From: Eledone cirrhosa
Taxonomy: Eukaryota
Assembly (NCBI GenBank): GCA_964016885.1
Contig: OZ024747.1
Coordinates: 61,504,001 to 61,568,000 of the forward strand
Direction of reading: 5' to 3'
DNA: 64,000 nt
Shown here: in pieces, positions 1 to 13,142 of the stretch
Position numbering within the stretch: the first letter of the stretch is position 1
Layout of the letters: each line of letters starts with the position of its first letter
Translations under genes and position numbers: made by a program
The notes under the pieces: model-generated
Databases searched by the model: none
What the model was told of the DNA's origin: nothing
Seen by the model: the letters and a program-made list of their open reading frames with translations, nothing else

Positions 1-119
1 AAATCAAAGTAGAACAATGTAGTCATTGTTCACAGCAGTCTTGGCAAAAAGTCTTTCTTTCTTTCCCAATATAGTACCATTAATTGTGTTCCACAAGTAA
101 ACAGCAAAACCACATAATG

Positions 120-760
120 TAACAACAGCTACAACAGTGATGGCAGCAACTATAACAACAACAACACCAGCTATGACAACAACAACAACTATAGCATCAA
201 CAACAACACCAGCTATGACAACAGCTACAATAACAACAACAACAGCTGTGACAACAACATCAACTGTAGCCTCAACAACAACACCAGCTATGACAACACC
301 TACAGCAACAACAACAACAACAACAACAGCTGTGACAACAACATCAACTGTAGCCTCAATAACAACACCAGCTATGACAACACCTACAGCAGCAACAACA
401 ACAACAACAACAACAACAGCTGTGACAACAACATCAACTGTAGCATCAATAACAACACCAGCTATGACAACACCTACAGCAGCAACAACAACAACAGCTG
501 TGACAACACCTACAGCAACAACAACAACAACAACAGCTGTGACAACAACATCAACTGTAGCATCAACAACAACACCAGCTATGACAACAACATCTACAGC
601 AACAACAACATCAACTATGGCTACAACTACAGCTACAGCAGCAACAACATCTACAGCAACAACAACACCAGCTACTACAACATCTACAGCAACAATAACA
701 ACTAAAACAACAGCATCAACAACAACAACACCAGCTACAACAAACATGACAACAACATGT
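120..760. repeat. (ACA)n-derived degenerate tandem repeat with ~60-80 bp higher-order units
   Basis: Recurrent blocks acaacaacaccagctatgacaacacctacagca / gctgtgacaacaacatcaactgtagc; gives Thr-rich and Val-rich low-complexity ORFs on both strands. Confidence 0.85.
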
Positions 761-861
761 CACAGTATGCTTCCACAATTAAGCAGCAAAAGATTCTACC
801 AGAAATCTGCCATTAACAAGTCAAAGACAGAAGAACATCAAGACTGAAGAAACAATATTAT

Positions 862-1052
862 GGCGGTGGATTGGCAGTATCGGTAGAGGGTCTGACGCCA
901 TGCTTTGCAGCAAAGAGTTACGGCCCTTTATGGTCTGAGTTCAAATCCCGCCTGGGTTAACTTTGCCTTTCATCCTTACGGGATCGATAAAATAAAGTAC
1001 CAGTAATACACTGGGATAAATGCTGACCTTGTGCCAAAAGTAGAAACAATTA
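862..1052 (+). mobile_element. tRNA-derived SINE, family A (~190 bp)
   Basis: A-box-like tggcagtatcggtaga, B-box gagttcaaatccc, conserved body gcctttcatccttacggg(g)tcgataaaataaagtaccag, tail gtagaaacaattat; more than 12 copies in the window. Confidence 0.9.
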
Positions 1053-1058
1053 TGGAAT

Positions 1059-1780
1059 ACAACAACAAGAAACAGAGAGACAGGTGTAAAAGACAAACTA
1101 CAACAAGAAATAGAGACAGGTGTAAAAGACAAACTACAACAAGAAATAGAGACAGGTGTAAAAGACAAACTACAACAAGAAACAGAGAGACAGGTGTAAA
1201 AGACAAACTACAACAACAAACAGAGAGACAGGTGTAAAAGACAAACTACAACAAGAAATAGAGACAGGTGTAAAAGACAAACTACAACAAGAAACAGAGA
1301 GACAGGTGTAAAAGACAAACTACAACAAGAAACAGAGAGACAGGTGTAAAAGACAAACTACAACAAGAAATTGAGACAGGTGTAAAAGACAAACTACAAC
1401 AAGAAACAGAGAGACAGGTGTAAAAGACAAACTACAACAAGAAACAGAGAGACAGGTGTAAAAGACAAACTACAACAAGAAATAGAGAGACAGGTGTAAA
1501 AGACAAACTACAACAAGAAACAGAGAGACAGGTGTAAAAGACAAACTACAACAACAAACAGAGAGACAGGTGTAAAAGACAAACTACAACAACAAACAGA
1601 GAGACAGGTGTAAAAGACAAACTACAACAACAAACAGAGAGACAGGTGTAAAAGACAAACTACAACAAGAAATAGAGAGACAGGTGTAAAAGACAAACTA
1701 CAACAAACAGAGAGACAGGTGTAAAAGACAAACTACAACAAGAAATAGAGAGACAGGTGTAAAAGACAAACTACAACAAC
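1059..1780. repeat. 36-38 bp minisatellite, ~19 copies
   Basis: Unit agagacaggtgtaaaagacaaactacaacaagaaac; starts a few bases after the SINE tail. Confidence 0.95.
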
Positions 1781-1994
1781 TTCTATTCTTCCTGCTCAAC
1801 AAGGCCGATGGTCACCCTAAGACAGTGACCCCAAAGCATCATTGTACATAGAGTTGACCAGGTCCAACAACAACAAACAGAGGTGTAAAAACTAAACTCA
1901 CTGTCTTCAATTCGATGTTTATGTATGCCCTTACTATACTATATACTCTACTATACTATAATATATATACTATACACTATACTAAATATTATAC

Positions 1995-2420
1995 TATCAT
2001 CATCATCATCACCGTTTTACGTCCGTTCTTCCATGCTAGCATGGGTTAGACGGGTTGTCCTGTTGTGGGCAGTGTCGGCTGACCTTGTCTTGCTCATACG
2101 GGAATTGATTCTGGCTTTATTTCTACAGCTGGATGCCCTTCCTAACACCAACCTCATTTACATTGAGTGCTGGGTGCTTTTTTTCCATGGCACCTACACG
2201 ACCACTTTACAGTGTGGGCTGGGTGCTTTTTTTGTCATGGCACCTCCACACCCACTTTGCAGGGGAGTGATAGGAACCCCAGTCCCTATCATCTCATTTC
2301 TAGAGTTGAGTAAACTGGAGCAATGTGAAATAAAGTGTCAACACATCACCTGGTCCGAGAATTGAACTCACAACCTTTTGATTGCAAGGCCAATGCTCTA
2401 ACCACTGAGCCATGTGCCTT
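1995..2420 (-). mobile_element. CORE-type SINE with RTE-like 3' tail, family B
   Basis: Minus strand: tRNA head ggcacatggctcagtggttagagc...gagttcaattctc, CORE-like acactttatttcacattgctccagtttactca, tail ggaagggcatccagctgtag...aacccatgctagcatggaa...(tga)n. Confidence 0.85.
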
Positions 2421-2978
2421 CATATATATATATATATTTATTATATTATTCATATATATATATATATTATATTATTCATATATATATATATATATTATAT
2501 TATACACTATACTATATACTATACAATCTTCTAAATATTATACTATATATTGTGCTACATTCTATGCAGTATACTAACTTTGTCCAATCATGATGGGGTG
2601 GAGCATATGTATTTTTTTGAAAACCTGAAAGGGGGGTGTAGGTTACTTAACATTGAAAAACACTATATAAGATGTTCCTATAACAACTCTACACACCATG
2701 TATATAAATCTAACTATAATAAAGTATATAACTGGTATTTCTTTAGTCATACCCAATAGAATTTGAACTTAAGAATATTTTGTTTATATTTCATAGACTG
2801 AGACAAAGTATGTCTTAGCTTGAGTAAAAGAGTTATGGCACTGTTTGCTTTTGACATCATATAATGATTTAGCAGAAAATATCTAAAAACAGGTTTGTTA
2901 ATTCAAATGTTTATCATATCTTTACTAGTGGACAAAATGTGAAAATTGCAGTATTAGAGTAAAGACATTATTCTTTAA

Positions 2979-3477
2979 CCCTTTAGAATTTACAATACTC
3001 TATATTTACTATTATACTTTCATGGTAAAGGCTTTATCTCACATAATTATCTCACATAATATCTCACAACATTTACATTACTTTATATTTACTATTATAT
3101 TTTCACAGTAAAGGCTTTATCTCACATAATATCTCACAACATTTACATTACTTTATATTTACTATTATATTTTCGCAGTAAAGGCTTTACCTCACATAAT
3201 TATCTCACAACATTTACATTACTTTATATTTACTATTATATTTTCACAGTAAAGGCTTTACCTCACATAATTATCTCACAACATTTACATTACTTTATAT
3301 TTACTATTATATTTTCACAGTAAAGGCTTTACCTCACATAATATTGAATCTATGAGATTTTGATATTATTTATTTTGAGAACAATGCCTTAACATTGGTA
3401 TAAGAGGCCAGTTACAGCTGGTTCGAACAGAAAGCCATGAGAGAATTCTGGATACTGCTGGTTTAAATGCTAAAGGG
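2979..3477. mobile_element. piggyBac-type MITE with internal ~61-70 bp tandem expansion
   Basis: TTAA at 2975-2978 and 3478-3481; termini ccctttag...ctaaaggg; about 5 internal repeats of catttacattactttatatttactattatattttcacagtaaaggc. Confidence 0.9.
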
Positions 3478-3539
3478 TTAAAGTAATGAAGTTATCGAGC
3501 TGGATTATTCCTGTCAAGAATATCTCGCAAATGCTTCTT

Positions 3540-3838
3540 CATACAGCTCCCGTTTGGAAATATTTTTTCTCGCTCAGAGTTTCTGAAGCATGGAACAAAC
3601 TACCTGCATCAGTTGTTAGCTGTCAAAACACTGAATCCTTTAAAACCTCCATGCTTCCTGAAATTCGCCAACACTACACCTGATATCCCCCTCAATACAT
3701 ACGCACACATGTATTTCATGATTCATACACTGTTCATTTTCCTGACATTTGAACATTATTCTATGTACTATATATGCACCTTTGATGAGTTGTAGTGCAC
3801 CTGAGCACTGTACACAATAATTTCATTATTATTATTAT
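3540..3838 (+). mobile_element. CR1-group LINE 3' end
   Basis: Translates FFSLRVSEAWNKLPASVVSCQNTESFK, the typical CR1 ORF2 C-terminus; 3'UTR ends in (att)n. Confidence 0.85.
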
Positions 3839-4775
3839 ACAATACATGATGTTAAGATCTGCTTCTGGAAACATATAGTAGATATTACAGTATTACAGTA
3901 AAGACTTCCATTTTTTAATATGGTGCAGTAGTTATACTGTTGTTTTGTATGAATGTTTTAAGAATATTTTGCTAATGTGGTTCCATGTGGTACAGAAGAT
4001 TAAGATTTAATGAAATTATAAAGCTGAGCCTTTCTGTTTGGTATTTCGGGGTAAGCTGTTAGGATGAAGATGAAAATAAACACAGGGCCTGATAGAGGTT
4101 GAAAGGGGTGCAGATATGTTAAACACCAATAACAACAAAAACCATCTCACTGACAAAGACAACACAGATGACACCATCATCATCACCAACAACAAAATCC
4201 ATTCATTGTCATCATCATTATCTTCCTAATTAACAACAACAACAAAAAAATCATTGGAAGCACCATAATCATCATCATCATCATCATCGTCAACAAAATA
4301 AACTGAAAATTTCTTAACTGTGGGAGTGAATTGTGATGAAAGAGAATGTCTTAGATGAAATGAGAGAGAGGGGGGGGGGAGAGAAAGAGAGAATTAAGTC
4401 TAATGATGTCTGTGAAATGTATTGAAAATTTAAAGCACACCAACTTTTTCTGACAGCTGTCTATCCTGTTATACTTTCCACAGCAGACTTTCCATGTCAC
4501 ACACACGCAAACACACACACACACCGACCACACACACACACACGCACACCAACACACACCTGTCTGCCTGCCAAATGTCAATCCTACCATACATTGCTAA
4601 ACACGCTTTAGTCTACTTTACATACACAGACACACATATGCATATATACCAGAACATATGTACACATACATATACACACACATATGCATACTCAGACACT
4701 TAAGTAGCATCATTTCTTTTACTGACTATTAAATACAATTTCATTCAACAAACTATTATTGATATGACATAAACA

Positions 4776-4935
4776 CAGACATGGCTGTGTGGTTAAGGAA
4801 TTCATTTTATAACCATCTGGTTTGAGGTTCAATCTCTCTGGATATCTCTTTTGGCAAGTGTCTTCTACTGTAGCCTCTCATAGACAAATGCCTTCTCAGT
4901 GAAATTTTGTAGATGGAAACTGTGTAGGAGTTTGT
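4776..4935 (+). mobile_element. Diverged octopus-type CORE SINE
   Basis: tggctgtgtggttaag...ggttcaatc...ttggcaagtgtcttctactgtagcctc...gtagatggaaactg. Confidence 0.7.
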
Positions 4936-4984
4936 CATACACACACACTCAAAACCAACCAGCAATAATGTTGTCATATAATAA

Positions 4985-5178
4985 TAATTGTTTCTACTTT
5001 TGGCACAAGGCCAGCTATTACCCCAGTGTATTACTGGTACTTTATTTTATCGACCCCGTAAGGATGAAAGGCAAAGTTAACCTCGGCGGGATTTGAACTC
5101 AGAATGGCAAGGGCCATAACTCTATGCGTCAAAGCATGGTGTCCAACACTCTACCGATACTGCCAATCCAGCGTCCTT
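4985..5178 (-). mobile_element. SINE family A
   Basis: Reverse complement of 862-1052. Confidence 0.9.
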
Positions 5179-5184
5179 GTGATA

Positions 5185-5715
5185 TAATAATAATGAAAAT
5201 GATTGTGCACAGTGCTCAGGTGCACTACAACTCATCAAAGGTGCATGTATAGTACATAGAATAATGTACTAATGTCGGGAAAGTGAACAGTGTATGAGTC
5301 ATGATATACAGACAGACACACTCACACATGAGTGTATGTGTTTGGAAGGGGAATGTCAGGTGTAATGTTGGTGAATTTCAGGAAGCATGGAAGTTTTAAA
5401 AGATTCAGTGTCCCGACAGCTAACGACTGATGCAGGTAGTTTGTTCCATGGAAGTTTTGAAAGATGCAGTGTCCCGACAGCTAACAACTGATGCAGGTAG
5501 TTTGTTCCATGCTTCAGCAACTCTGAGCATGAACATTCTTTTTCTGAAAGTGATGAGAGCTGTACTGTTTTCTGATTTTGTAAGCATGTCAACGGGTGTT
5601 AGACATATGGAATTCAAAAAGGTGCTCAGGGTTGTTGTTGGAAAGATGGTTAATAATTTAGTTGGGTTGGGCGAGATATTGATACAGCCACACATTAATA
5701 GAGAGTACAATTAAA
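5185..5715 (-). mobile_element. CR1-group LINE 3' fragment with internal 59-bp duplication
   Basis: Minus strand RVAEAWNKLPASVVSCRDT occurs twice; same 3'UTR as 3540-3838. Confidence 0.85.
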
Positions 5716-6220
5716 TAAGATATCATATATATTGATAAATATTTAGATAACATATTTATCGACACATTGTTCTGATGGAAACAGATATAGATATAGATAT
5801 TGATATCCGATATATTTATAGACAGAAATATTTCAATAAATATATAGATAGGTATTGATATATTATTTGATAGTCAGGCAGATAACCTAGGTGATGATAG
5901 TTAAAATACCTATCAATACATATAATACATCTGTAGATCAGTAGATCAATACATATACAGATATTCTTATATTCTTTTACTGGTTTCAATTATTGAACTG
6001 TGGCCATACTGGGGCACCTTGAAGAGCTTAATTGATCATATCAATCTATTTGTCGAAATGCAAAATTACCAGACAGTGGTATAGATGTAAAGACAGACAT
6101 AGACATACACGCATGCACACACATACACACACACACAGTGAGGCACACACACATACACACACAGTGCGGCATACACATGTACACGTGCACACACACACAC
6201 AGACACACACACACACACAG

Positions 6221-6254
<34 letters not shown>

Positions 6255-6349
6255 ACACAGCTTTGGCTGTACAAACAGGATAAACAAAACTCAGTAGATG
6301 AAAGAAATATGTATTTTCTTATAGTTTTACAACTATAATAATAATAATA

Positions 6350-7102
6350 ATAATTCTACTTTAGGCACAAGGCCAGCAATTACCCAGTGTATTACTGGTA
6401 CTTTATTTTATCGACCCCGTAAGGATGATAGGCAAAGTTAACCTCAGCGGGATTTGGGCTCAGACCGTAAAGGGACGTAACTCTATTCTGGAAAGCATGG
6501 CGTCCGACCCTCTACTGATACAGCCAATAGTAATGATTTCTTTATTAGCCACACAGGACTCACATTAAGGAAACATTAAAGACAGTACAGGACAATACAG
6601 AGTGGCTTTTTCAGTAGAATAATAATAATAAAAATAATTGTTTCTACTTTTGGCACAAGGCCAGCAATTACACAGTACATTACTGGTACTTTATTTTATC
6701 GACCCCCGTAAGGATGAAAGGCAAAGTTAACCTCGGTGGGATTTGAACTCAGACTGTAAAGGGACGTAACTACCCTCCACCGATACTGTCAATAATAATG
6801 GTTTCTTATATAGGCTCAAGGCCAACAATTTTGGGAAAGGGGGAAAGTCAATTAAATCAACCCCAGTGTGTTACTGGTACGTTATTTTATCAATCCCATA
6901 AGGATGAAAGGCAAAGGTATGATAGGTTTTGTGAGAGAGTTACACGTGTATTTATTAATAATATTATTATTATTACCATGAGTTCAAATCCCGCCGAGGT
7001 CAACTTTGCCTTTCATCCTTACGGGGTCGATAAAATAAAGTACCAGTAATGTACTGGTTATTTGCTGGCCTTGTGCCAAAAGTAGAAACAATTATTATTA
7101 TT
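6350..7102. mobile_element. Cluster of four family A SINE copies or fragments
   Basis: ~6350-6527 (-), ~6635-6792 (-), ~6795-6918 (-), ~6978-7102 (+) all contain the family A body. Confidence 0.85.
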
Positions 7103-7159
7103 ACCACTCCATGCTAACGTGGAAAAATGGACGTAAAATGGTGATGATATATATATATC

Positions 7160-7345
7160 ATCATCATCATCATCATCGTTTAATGTCTATCTTCCACGCT
7201 AGCATGGGTTTAGATGGGAATTGTCCAACTTGAAGCAAGATTGGTCAGGAGACCGCGTCTCGCTCGTATAGGACTGTCTGGCAGGTTTTCTACAGCTGGA
7301 TGCCCTTCCTAACACCAACCATGTTTACAGTGTGGACTGGGAGGT
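7160..7345 (-). mobile_element. RTE LINE 3' tail fragment
   Basis: (cat)n then cttccacgctagcatgggtt...ggatgcccttcctaacaccaacc; same as the tail of the RTE at 22310-23360. Confidence 0.8.
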
Positions 7346-7629
7346 TTTTACTGTGTTACCTACACCTATATATATATATATATACCAAACAGACCTATTA
7401 TATTAAATCTTTGTTGGGTTTTTTCAATAAACAAATATCATTATTTCTGAAGACAGCATATATATGTGTAGGTATGTATATTCCCTCTGATAGTTTGTAA
7501 AATGTTTACATAGATCTATATGATATACATACCAACACACACATATATATCCTAAAAACAATCGTAAAATGATGAATTTTTTAATATAAGGAACTGTTTC
7601 TTTGTTTTTATTCATTATTTTTATTAATT

Positions 7630-7662
<33 letters not shown>

Positions 7663-7672
7663 ATATATTTTA

Positions 7673-7707
<35 letters not shown>

Positions 7708-7710
<3 letters not shown>

Positions 7711-7958
7711 TGGAATTTACCATCTTTCCAGGGGTCTGGGTAAATTTTTCATTCATATATATTTTTATTTGTCTGACCCGAATTCTCTTGGTCGCGTTTT
7801 ACGGCTGTGCGAATGATTGTTTAAGCATCGTCTCTATGTGTTGGTATTTAAACGTTAGTTATAGCTCTGGTTTATCCAAACTATTGAGCACTTTGCCACA
7901 CATTTCGAAGATTGTGTTTCGTTATTTCGTGGGCCGAGGTTCCGATTCTCGATAATTC
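7708..7958. mobile_element. Unclassified interspersed repeat inserted in (TA)n
   Basis: Diverged inverted homologue at ~17655-17895; both copies flanked by TA tracts. Confidence 0.65.
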
Positions 7959-8054
7959 ATATATATATATATATATATAAATGTAAGTATGTATGTATAC
8001 GTACATACATATATGTATACAGACGTACAGTAGCATGCATATATATATACATAT

Positions 8055-8094
<40 letters not shown>

Positions 8095-8256
8095 GCATAC
8101 AGGTACACATACATATATGCACGCATCAGTTTAGCCGACGTTTATTATAACGCCGGCCGCTTTGTTCGTTTGTTTGTCAACAAAGCGAACAGCCTGAATT
8201 TCTGCCATACGGTGTTAAGGCAACCACGTCACCTTTTTGTTCAACACTGACACAGG

Positions 8257-8301
8257 AACGATGTACTAGTTTCAAGCTTGTTAGCTATCATCAGCACCGT
8301 T
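8257..8301 (-). ncRNA. Minimal type I hammerhead ribozyme
   Basis: Reverse complement of 8691-8735. Confidence 0.85.
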
Positions 8302-8554
8302 TACCCATCTGCCAGATAGTTGAACGTTCGAAAGTATATACTTTCCTTATGAAAATTAACGGCTGAGTAGCCTAATTTGCATATTGAGTGAGTTAAATCG
8401 GTCAGGCATACCGAAAACGATAAGTTGAAAAAAATGAAAACGAAATTTCATTTCTCACTCTTAGTATGGCACTTACTTAAATGTAAGTATGTATGTATAC
8501 GTACATACATATATGTATACAGACGTACAGTAGCATGCATATATATATATATAT

Positions 8555-8594
<40 letters not shown>

Positions 8595-8690
8595 GCATAC
8601 AGGTACACATACATATATGCACGCATCAGCCGTTAATTTTCATAAGGAAAGTATATACTTTCGAACGTTCAACTATCTGGCAGATGGGTA

Positions 8691-8735
8691 AACGGTGCTG
8701 ATGATAGCTAACAAGCTTGAAACTAGTACATCGTT
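8691..8735 (+). ncRNA. Minimal type I hammerhead ribozyme
   Basis: aacggtg CTGATGA t-agc-taacaa-gct-t GAAA ctagta catcgtt: 7-bp stem I, intact core, palindromic stem III ACUAGU, GUA cleavage predicted after 8728. Confidence 0.85.
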
Positions 8736-8897
8736 CCTGTGTCAGTGTTGAACAAAAAGGTGACGTGGTTGCCTTAACACCGTATGGCATAAATTCAGGC
8801 TGTTCGCTTTGTTGACAAACAAACGAACAAAGCGGCCGGCGTTATAATAAACGTCGGCTAAACTGATGCGTGCATATATGTATGTGTACCTGTATGC

Positions 8898-8935
<38 letters not shown>

Positions 8936-9065
8936 ATATGTATATATATATGCATGCTACTGTACGTCTGTATACATATATGTATGTACGTATACATACA
9001 TACTTACATTTAAGTAAGTGCCATACTAAGAGTGAGAAATGAAATTTCGTTTTCATTTTTTTCAA

Positions 9066-9127
<62 letters not shown>

Positions 9128-9128
<1 letters not shown>

Positions 9129-9525
9129 TGCAAATGTGGTGGGCGTAAGGAAGGGCATCCAGCAGTAGAAAACCAGCCAGAAACACCCCTATATGACTGA
9201 GACACAGTCACCCGACATAACTTGCCTCAAAATAGGACCTGTGTAACCCAGCTCCAATACTATGGGTATGTGCTGAGAATGTCTCAGGAAAGAATCGCTG
9301 GACAGATTTTACAGACAAAACCAACTGGCAAGAGACCCAGGGGTAGACCCACCCTGAATAAGATCGTTGGATAACAACCATGAACTTGGCCAGTCATGCT
9401 TGGGGATCCAGCCAGATCAGTTGGAGTGGGGTTGCTTCTGACAGGACCCGCTGGAAGGAGTGTTTGAGGACTTTGCCCCCCACAACCCTCTCAAGAAGAA
9501 GAAGAAGAAGAAGAAGAAGAAGAGA
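9128..9525 (+). mobile_element. RTE-clade LINE 3' fragment ending in (gaa)n
   Basis: Translates QLQYYGYVLRMSQERIAGQILQTKPTGKRPRGRP; related fragment at ~31550-31720. Confidence 0.75.
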
Positions 9526-10469
9526 TATGGTAACTTTATAGTGAACACAAAAATCAGTTCATATGAGCGGGAAGAAGAAGAAGAATATTACTGATAATTA
9601 ACTTCTAAACTCTCCAAAATGGGTCAAGGACAGTATTAGAATCTGGTATCACTTGAGCTCAGAACATTTGATTGTCAAGACATTAAATACAGCAAAACAT
9701 TTTGTGAAACTATCCACAATTCTTGCCAATTCATTGCTCAGAATAACAACAACAACAACAACAACAACAACAGTTATCAATCAATCTAAAAGTACTATAG
9801 GAATTTTTGTAGAGTAAAAATTACAAAAATAATAATAATAACTTTTTAAACAAAATTAAAATATGGAAGTTGATAAACAAATATTAAAATGGTATGGGTG
9901 GGGGGGGGGGGCAGTATCAAACAGAAAGATTTTGATTTATAGCAGACTGAAGGATTGCAGACATAACAGAAAGAAATTTTTCAAAGAGAATATTTAATTT
10001 AACTGACAGTGGAAAAAATAAAATTATATAAAAATTTGAAACAAATAAAATTTCCAAGTGGCAGAAAGTTGGCTTCTGTTTGAAAAACAACAATTATTAC
10101 AACAACAACAACAACAACAACAACAACAGAAACAGCAGCAACAACAACAACAACAACAGAAGCAGCAGCAACAACAAAAACAACGTAAGCAGCAGCAACA
10201 ATAATAACAACAGCAACAACAACATAAACAACAACAACAACAACAACCATAACAACCAAAAACTGTCCACCTGAAATCCTTTCGTGTTGTGCTATTTTTC
10301 TTTTACTAGCAGCCTTCAACTGTACAAACAGACATTCCCTGACAGTTTCATTATATATATATATATATGTGTGTGTGTATATATATATATGTGTGTATAT
10401 ATGTATATATATATTTATATATTGATGTATCTAAAATGAATTATGTAATAAAGAATTAAGTCATATTTG

Positions 10470-10930
10470 ATGATGTTGATGGCAGTGGTGGTGTTGCTGG
10501 TGCTGGTGCTGGTGGTGGTGGTGGTGGTGGTGGTGTTGCTGGTGGTGGTGGTAGTGGTGATGCTGGTGGTGGTGGTTTTGGAGCTGGTGGTGGTGATAGT
10601 GCTGATGCTGGTGGTGATGCCGATGGTGGTGGTGATGCTGGGTATTGGTGCCGATGATGGTGTGGTGATCCTGGTGGTGATGATGACGGTGGTGGTGGTG
10701 GTGGTAGTGATGCCGATGGTGGTGGTGATGTTGGTGGTGGTGGTGCTGGTAGTGGTGTCGATGGTGGTGCTGGTAGTGGTGATGGTGGTGGTGATGCTGG
10801 GTATTGGTGCCGATGGCGTGGTGATCCTGGTGGTGATGATGGTGGTGGTGGTGGTGGTGATGCCAATGATGGTGGTGATGGTGGTGATGGTGGTGATGGT
10901 GGTGATGGTGGTGATGGTGGTGATGGTGGT
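10470..10930. repeat. (GGT/GAT)n trinucleotide tract
   Basis: Direct reading; source of the poly-His and poly-Pro ORFs. Confidence 0.95.
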
Positions 10931-11099
10931 TATATTTTGATTTGATGAAGTAGTAGTAGGGGGAAAGAAATAGCAGAGATGTGAGGTAAAATAGCAATCA
11001 ATTCCAACCTGGAATTAAAAGTAGAGCAGCAAAACCTTTCTAATGTCACCCAAGGCCCCAGTTGTTGTATGTCACCTTAGACCTCCATTGGTTCCAGTG

Positions 11100-11985
11100 A
11101 GGGCTCCAGTTGTTTGATCAATGGGAACACCTGCTCAGAAAATTAATGACCAAGTGGCTGAGCCTTCCACAGGCATGTGTACCCTTGATGTACTTCTCAG
11201 GGAGATTCAATGTAGTGTAACTGGTGTATTACAAGGCTGGCCTTTCCACAGACATGTGTATTTCTCAGGGAGATTCTGTGTAACTGGTGTATTACAAGGC
11301 TGGCCTTTCTACAGACATGTATTTTTCTCAGGGAGATTCAGTGTAACTGGTGTATTACAAGGCTGGCCTTACCACAGACATGTGTATTTCTCAGGGAGAT
11401 TCAGTGTAACTGGTGTATTACAAGGCTGGCCTTTCCACAGACATGTGTATTTCTCAGGGAGATTCAGTGTAACTGGTGTATTACAAGGCTGGCCTTTCCA
11501 CAGACATGTGTATTTCTCAGGGAGATTCAGTGTAACTGGTGTATTACAAGGCTGGCCTTACCACAGACATGTGTATTTCTCAGGGAGATTCAGTGTAACT
11601 GGTGTATTACAAGGCTGACCTTTCCACAGACATGTGTATTTCTCAGGGAGATTCAGTGTAACTGGTGTATTACAAGGCTGGCCTTTCCACAGACATGTGT
11701 ATTTCTCAGGGAGATTCAGTGTAACTGGTGTATTACAAGGCTGGCCTTTCCACAGACATGTGTATTTCTCAGGGAGATTCAGTGTAACTGGTGTATTACA
11801 AGGCTGGCCTTTCCACAGGCATGTGTATTTCTCAGGGAGATTCAGTGTAACTGGTGTATTACAAGGCTGGCTTTTCCACAGACATGTGAATCCTTGATGT
11901 ACTTCTCAGGGAGATTCAATGTAGTGTAACTGGTGTATTACAAGGTAGGCCTTTCCACAGGCATGTGTACTCTTAATGTACTTCA
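11100..11985 (-). repeat. 63-bp minisatellite (~11-12 copies) expanded inside a SINE
   Basis: Unit tcagggagattcagtgtaactggtgtattacaaggctggcctttccacagacatgtgtatttc; unit and left flank are the reverse complement of the SINE body at 62280-62420. Confidence 0.9.
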
Positions 11986-12099
11986 AGCAAACTACATTTT
12001 ATTATATTGTTTTACATTTTACTTTTTATAAACAATGTATTAGTTTTTGAATGGTTTCATTTCATTCTTACTTAAAAAAGTTGCATATATGGTGTGGTA

Positions 12100-12480
12100 A
12101 ATAAATATGACCCGCCTTGCCTATGTACAAAGCGAAACCTACAGTCACTACCCCTACTCCATCCACCCACACCCCCCCTTTCTATGTTAAGTTATGTTGG
12201 TACCACAACATCCAGTCCTAATTAAATGAGGTTGTGTAGGTGTCATGACAAAAAAACACACAGTCCACGCTGTAATGTGGCCGTGTAGGTAACACGGTAA
12301 AAACCTCCCAGGCCACACTGTAAACGTGGTTGGTGTTAGGAAGGGCACCCAGCCATAGAAAACCCGCCAAACAGTCCTATACGAGCAAGACAACCAATCT
12401 TGCCTCAAGTGGGAAAATTCCCGTCTAACCCATGCTAGCGTGGAAGATAGACGTTAAACGATGATGATGATGATGATGAT
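12100..12480 (+). mobile_element. RTE LINE 3'UTR fragment
   Basis: Colinear with 22955-23360; ends in (gat)n. Confidence 0.85.
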
Positions 12481-12689
12481 ACACCAGGTCCGAACACAAA
12501 GGAACCAAATGCCCTCTGTCACTGCCTCCATCTCTTCTACTATTATAACCAAATGAGGGGCCATGCGCTGGCGGCCCCATGGCCCTGGCAGACAGCGTAG
12601 AGAAGGCGTTTCACCGGAGGATGGTGAGGGAGATGTGCTGGAAGAGCCTTCCAACCATTCTATACAAAAAGTTGTAAACCATCTTTAGC

Positions 12690-13098
12690 AACCCAGCCAA
12701 ACCCTAACCCTAATCCCCCTCCCCACCAACCTTGCTTGGTGGGGAGGGGGATTTTGGACACTCTGGAATGAAAAACAAAACCCATCAAAGGGCAGAGAAA
12801 CTCAAGAGAGTCAACGGCCATCCAACAAAGTTTTTTTTTTTTTTCGTTTGCATCCAATGATGTAGACCAGTTCTTCTTGTGGGGTAAATGCATTCAATGT
12901 TCAGAGAGTGGGATTGGCTCCGTGCAAAGCCTTTCCTTACTTAAAAAAGCTTCAAGCACAGGCTTTGCTTGATATGTGACATTTTTGCGATGCATGGCAT
13001 TGCTGGCCATAGGCAAGTCCCTAGCAGGACTAAAAAGCCATGTCTGTGATGCTCATGTTTAAGTATCAAGCATTAATTGAAATCGAGTTGCAGCCATC

Positions 13099-13100
<2 letters not shown>
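12690..13100 (+). mobile_element. Diverged non-autonomous RTE-derived element
   Basis: Colinear with 27295-27748 and with 47138-47735 (-); retains KSLAGLKSH remnant. Confidence 0.65.

Positions 13101-13142
<42 letters not shown>

Larger units (their letters stand above)
7979..9070. mobile_element. Tandem-plus-inverted ~500 bp hammerhead-bearing element (Penelope pLTR/retrozyme-like)
   Basis: Arrangement X(7979-8129)-Y(8130-8366)-Z(8367-8478)-X(8479-8629)-invY-invX-partial invZ, near-identical copies, flanked by (TA)n; homologue at 36352-36705. Confidence 0.8.

Noticed and set aside
137-847. 236-aa Thr-rich mucin-like ORF
   Set aside because: Built from ACA-type repeats, open on both strands, no signal peptide or convincing splice context; a mucin exon cannot be fully excluded but is unsupported
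8362-8428. Second hammerhead on + (CTGAGTA...GAAA)
   Set aside because: Core is non-canonical (G8 missing) and stems I and III do not form convincingly
7979-9070. Palindromes as sequencing fold-back artefacts
   Set aside because: Arms at several loci differ by substitutions and indels, are short and coincide with repeat-family boundaries; raw-read confirmation is still advisable for the near-perfect ones
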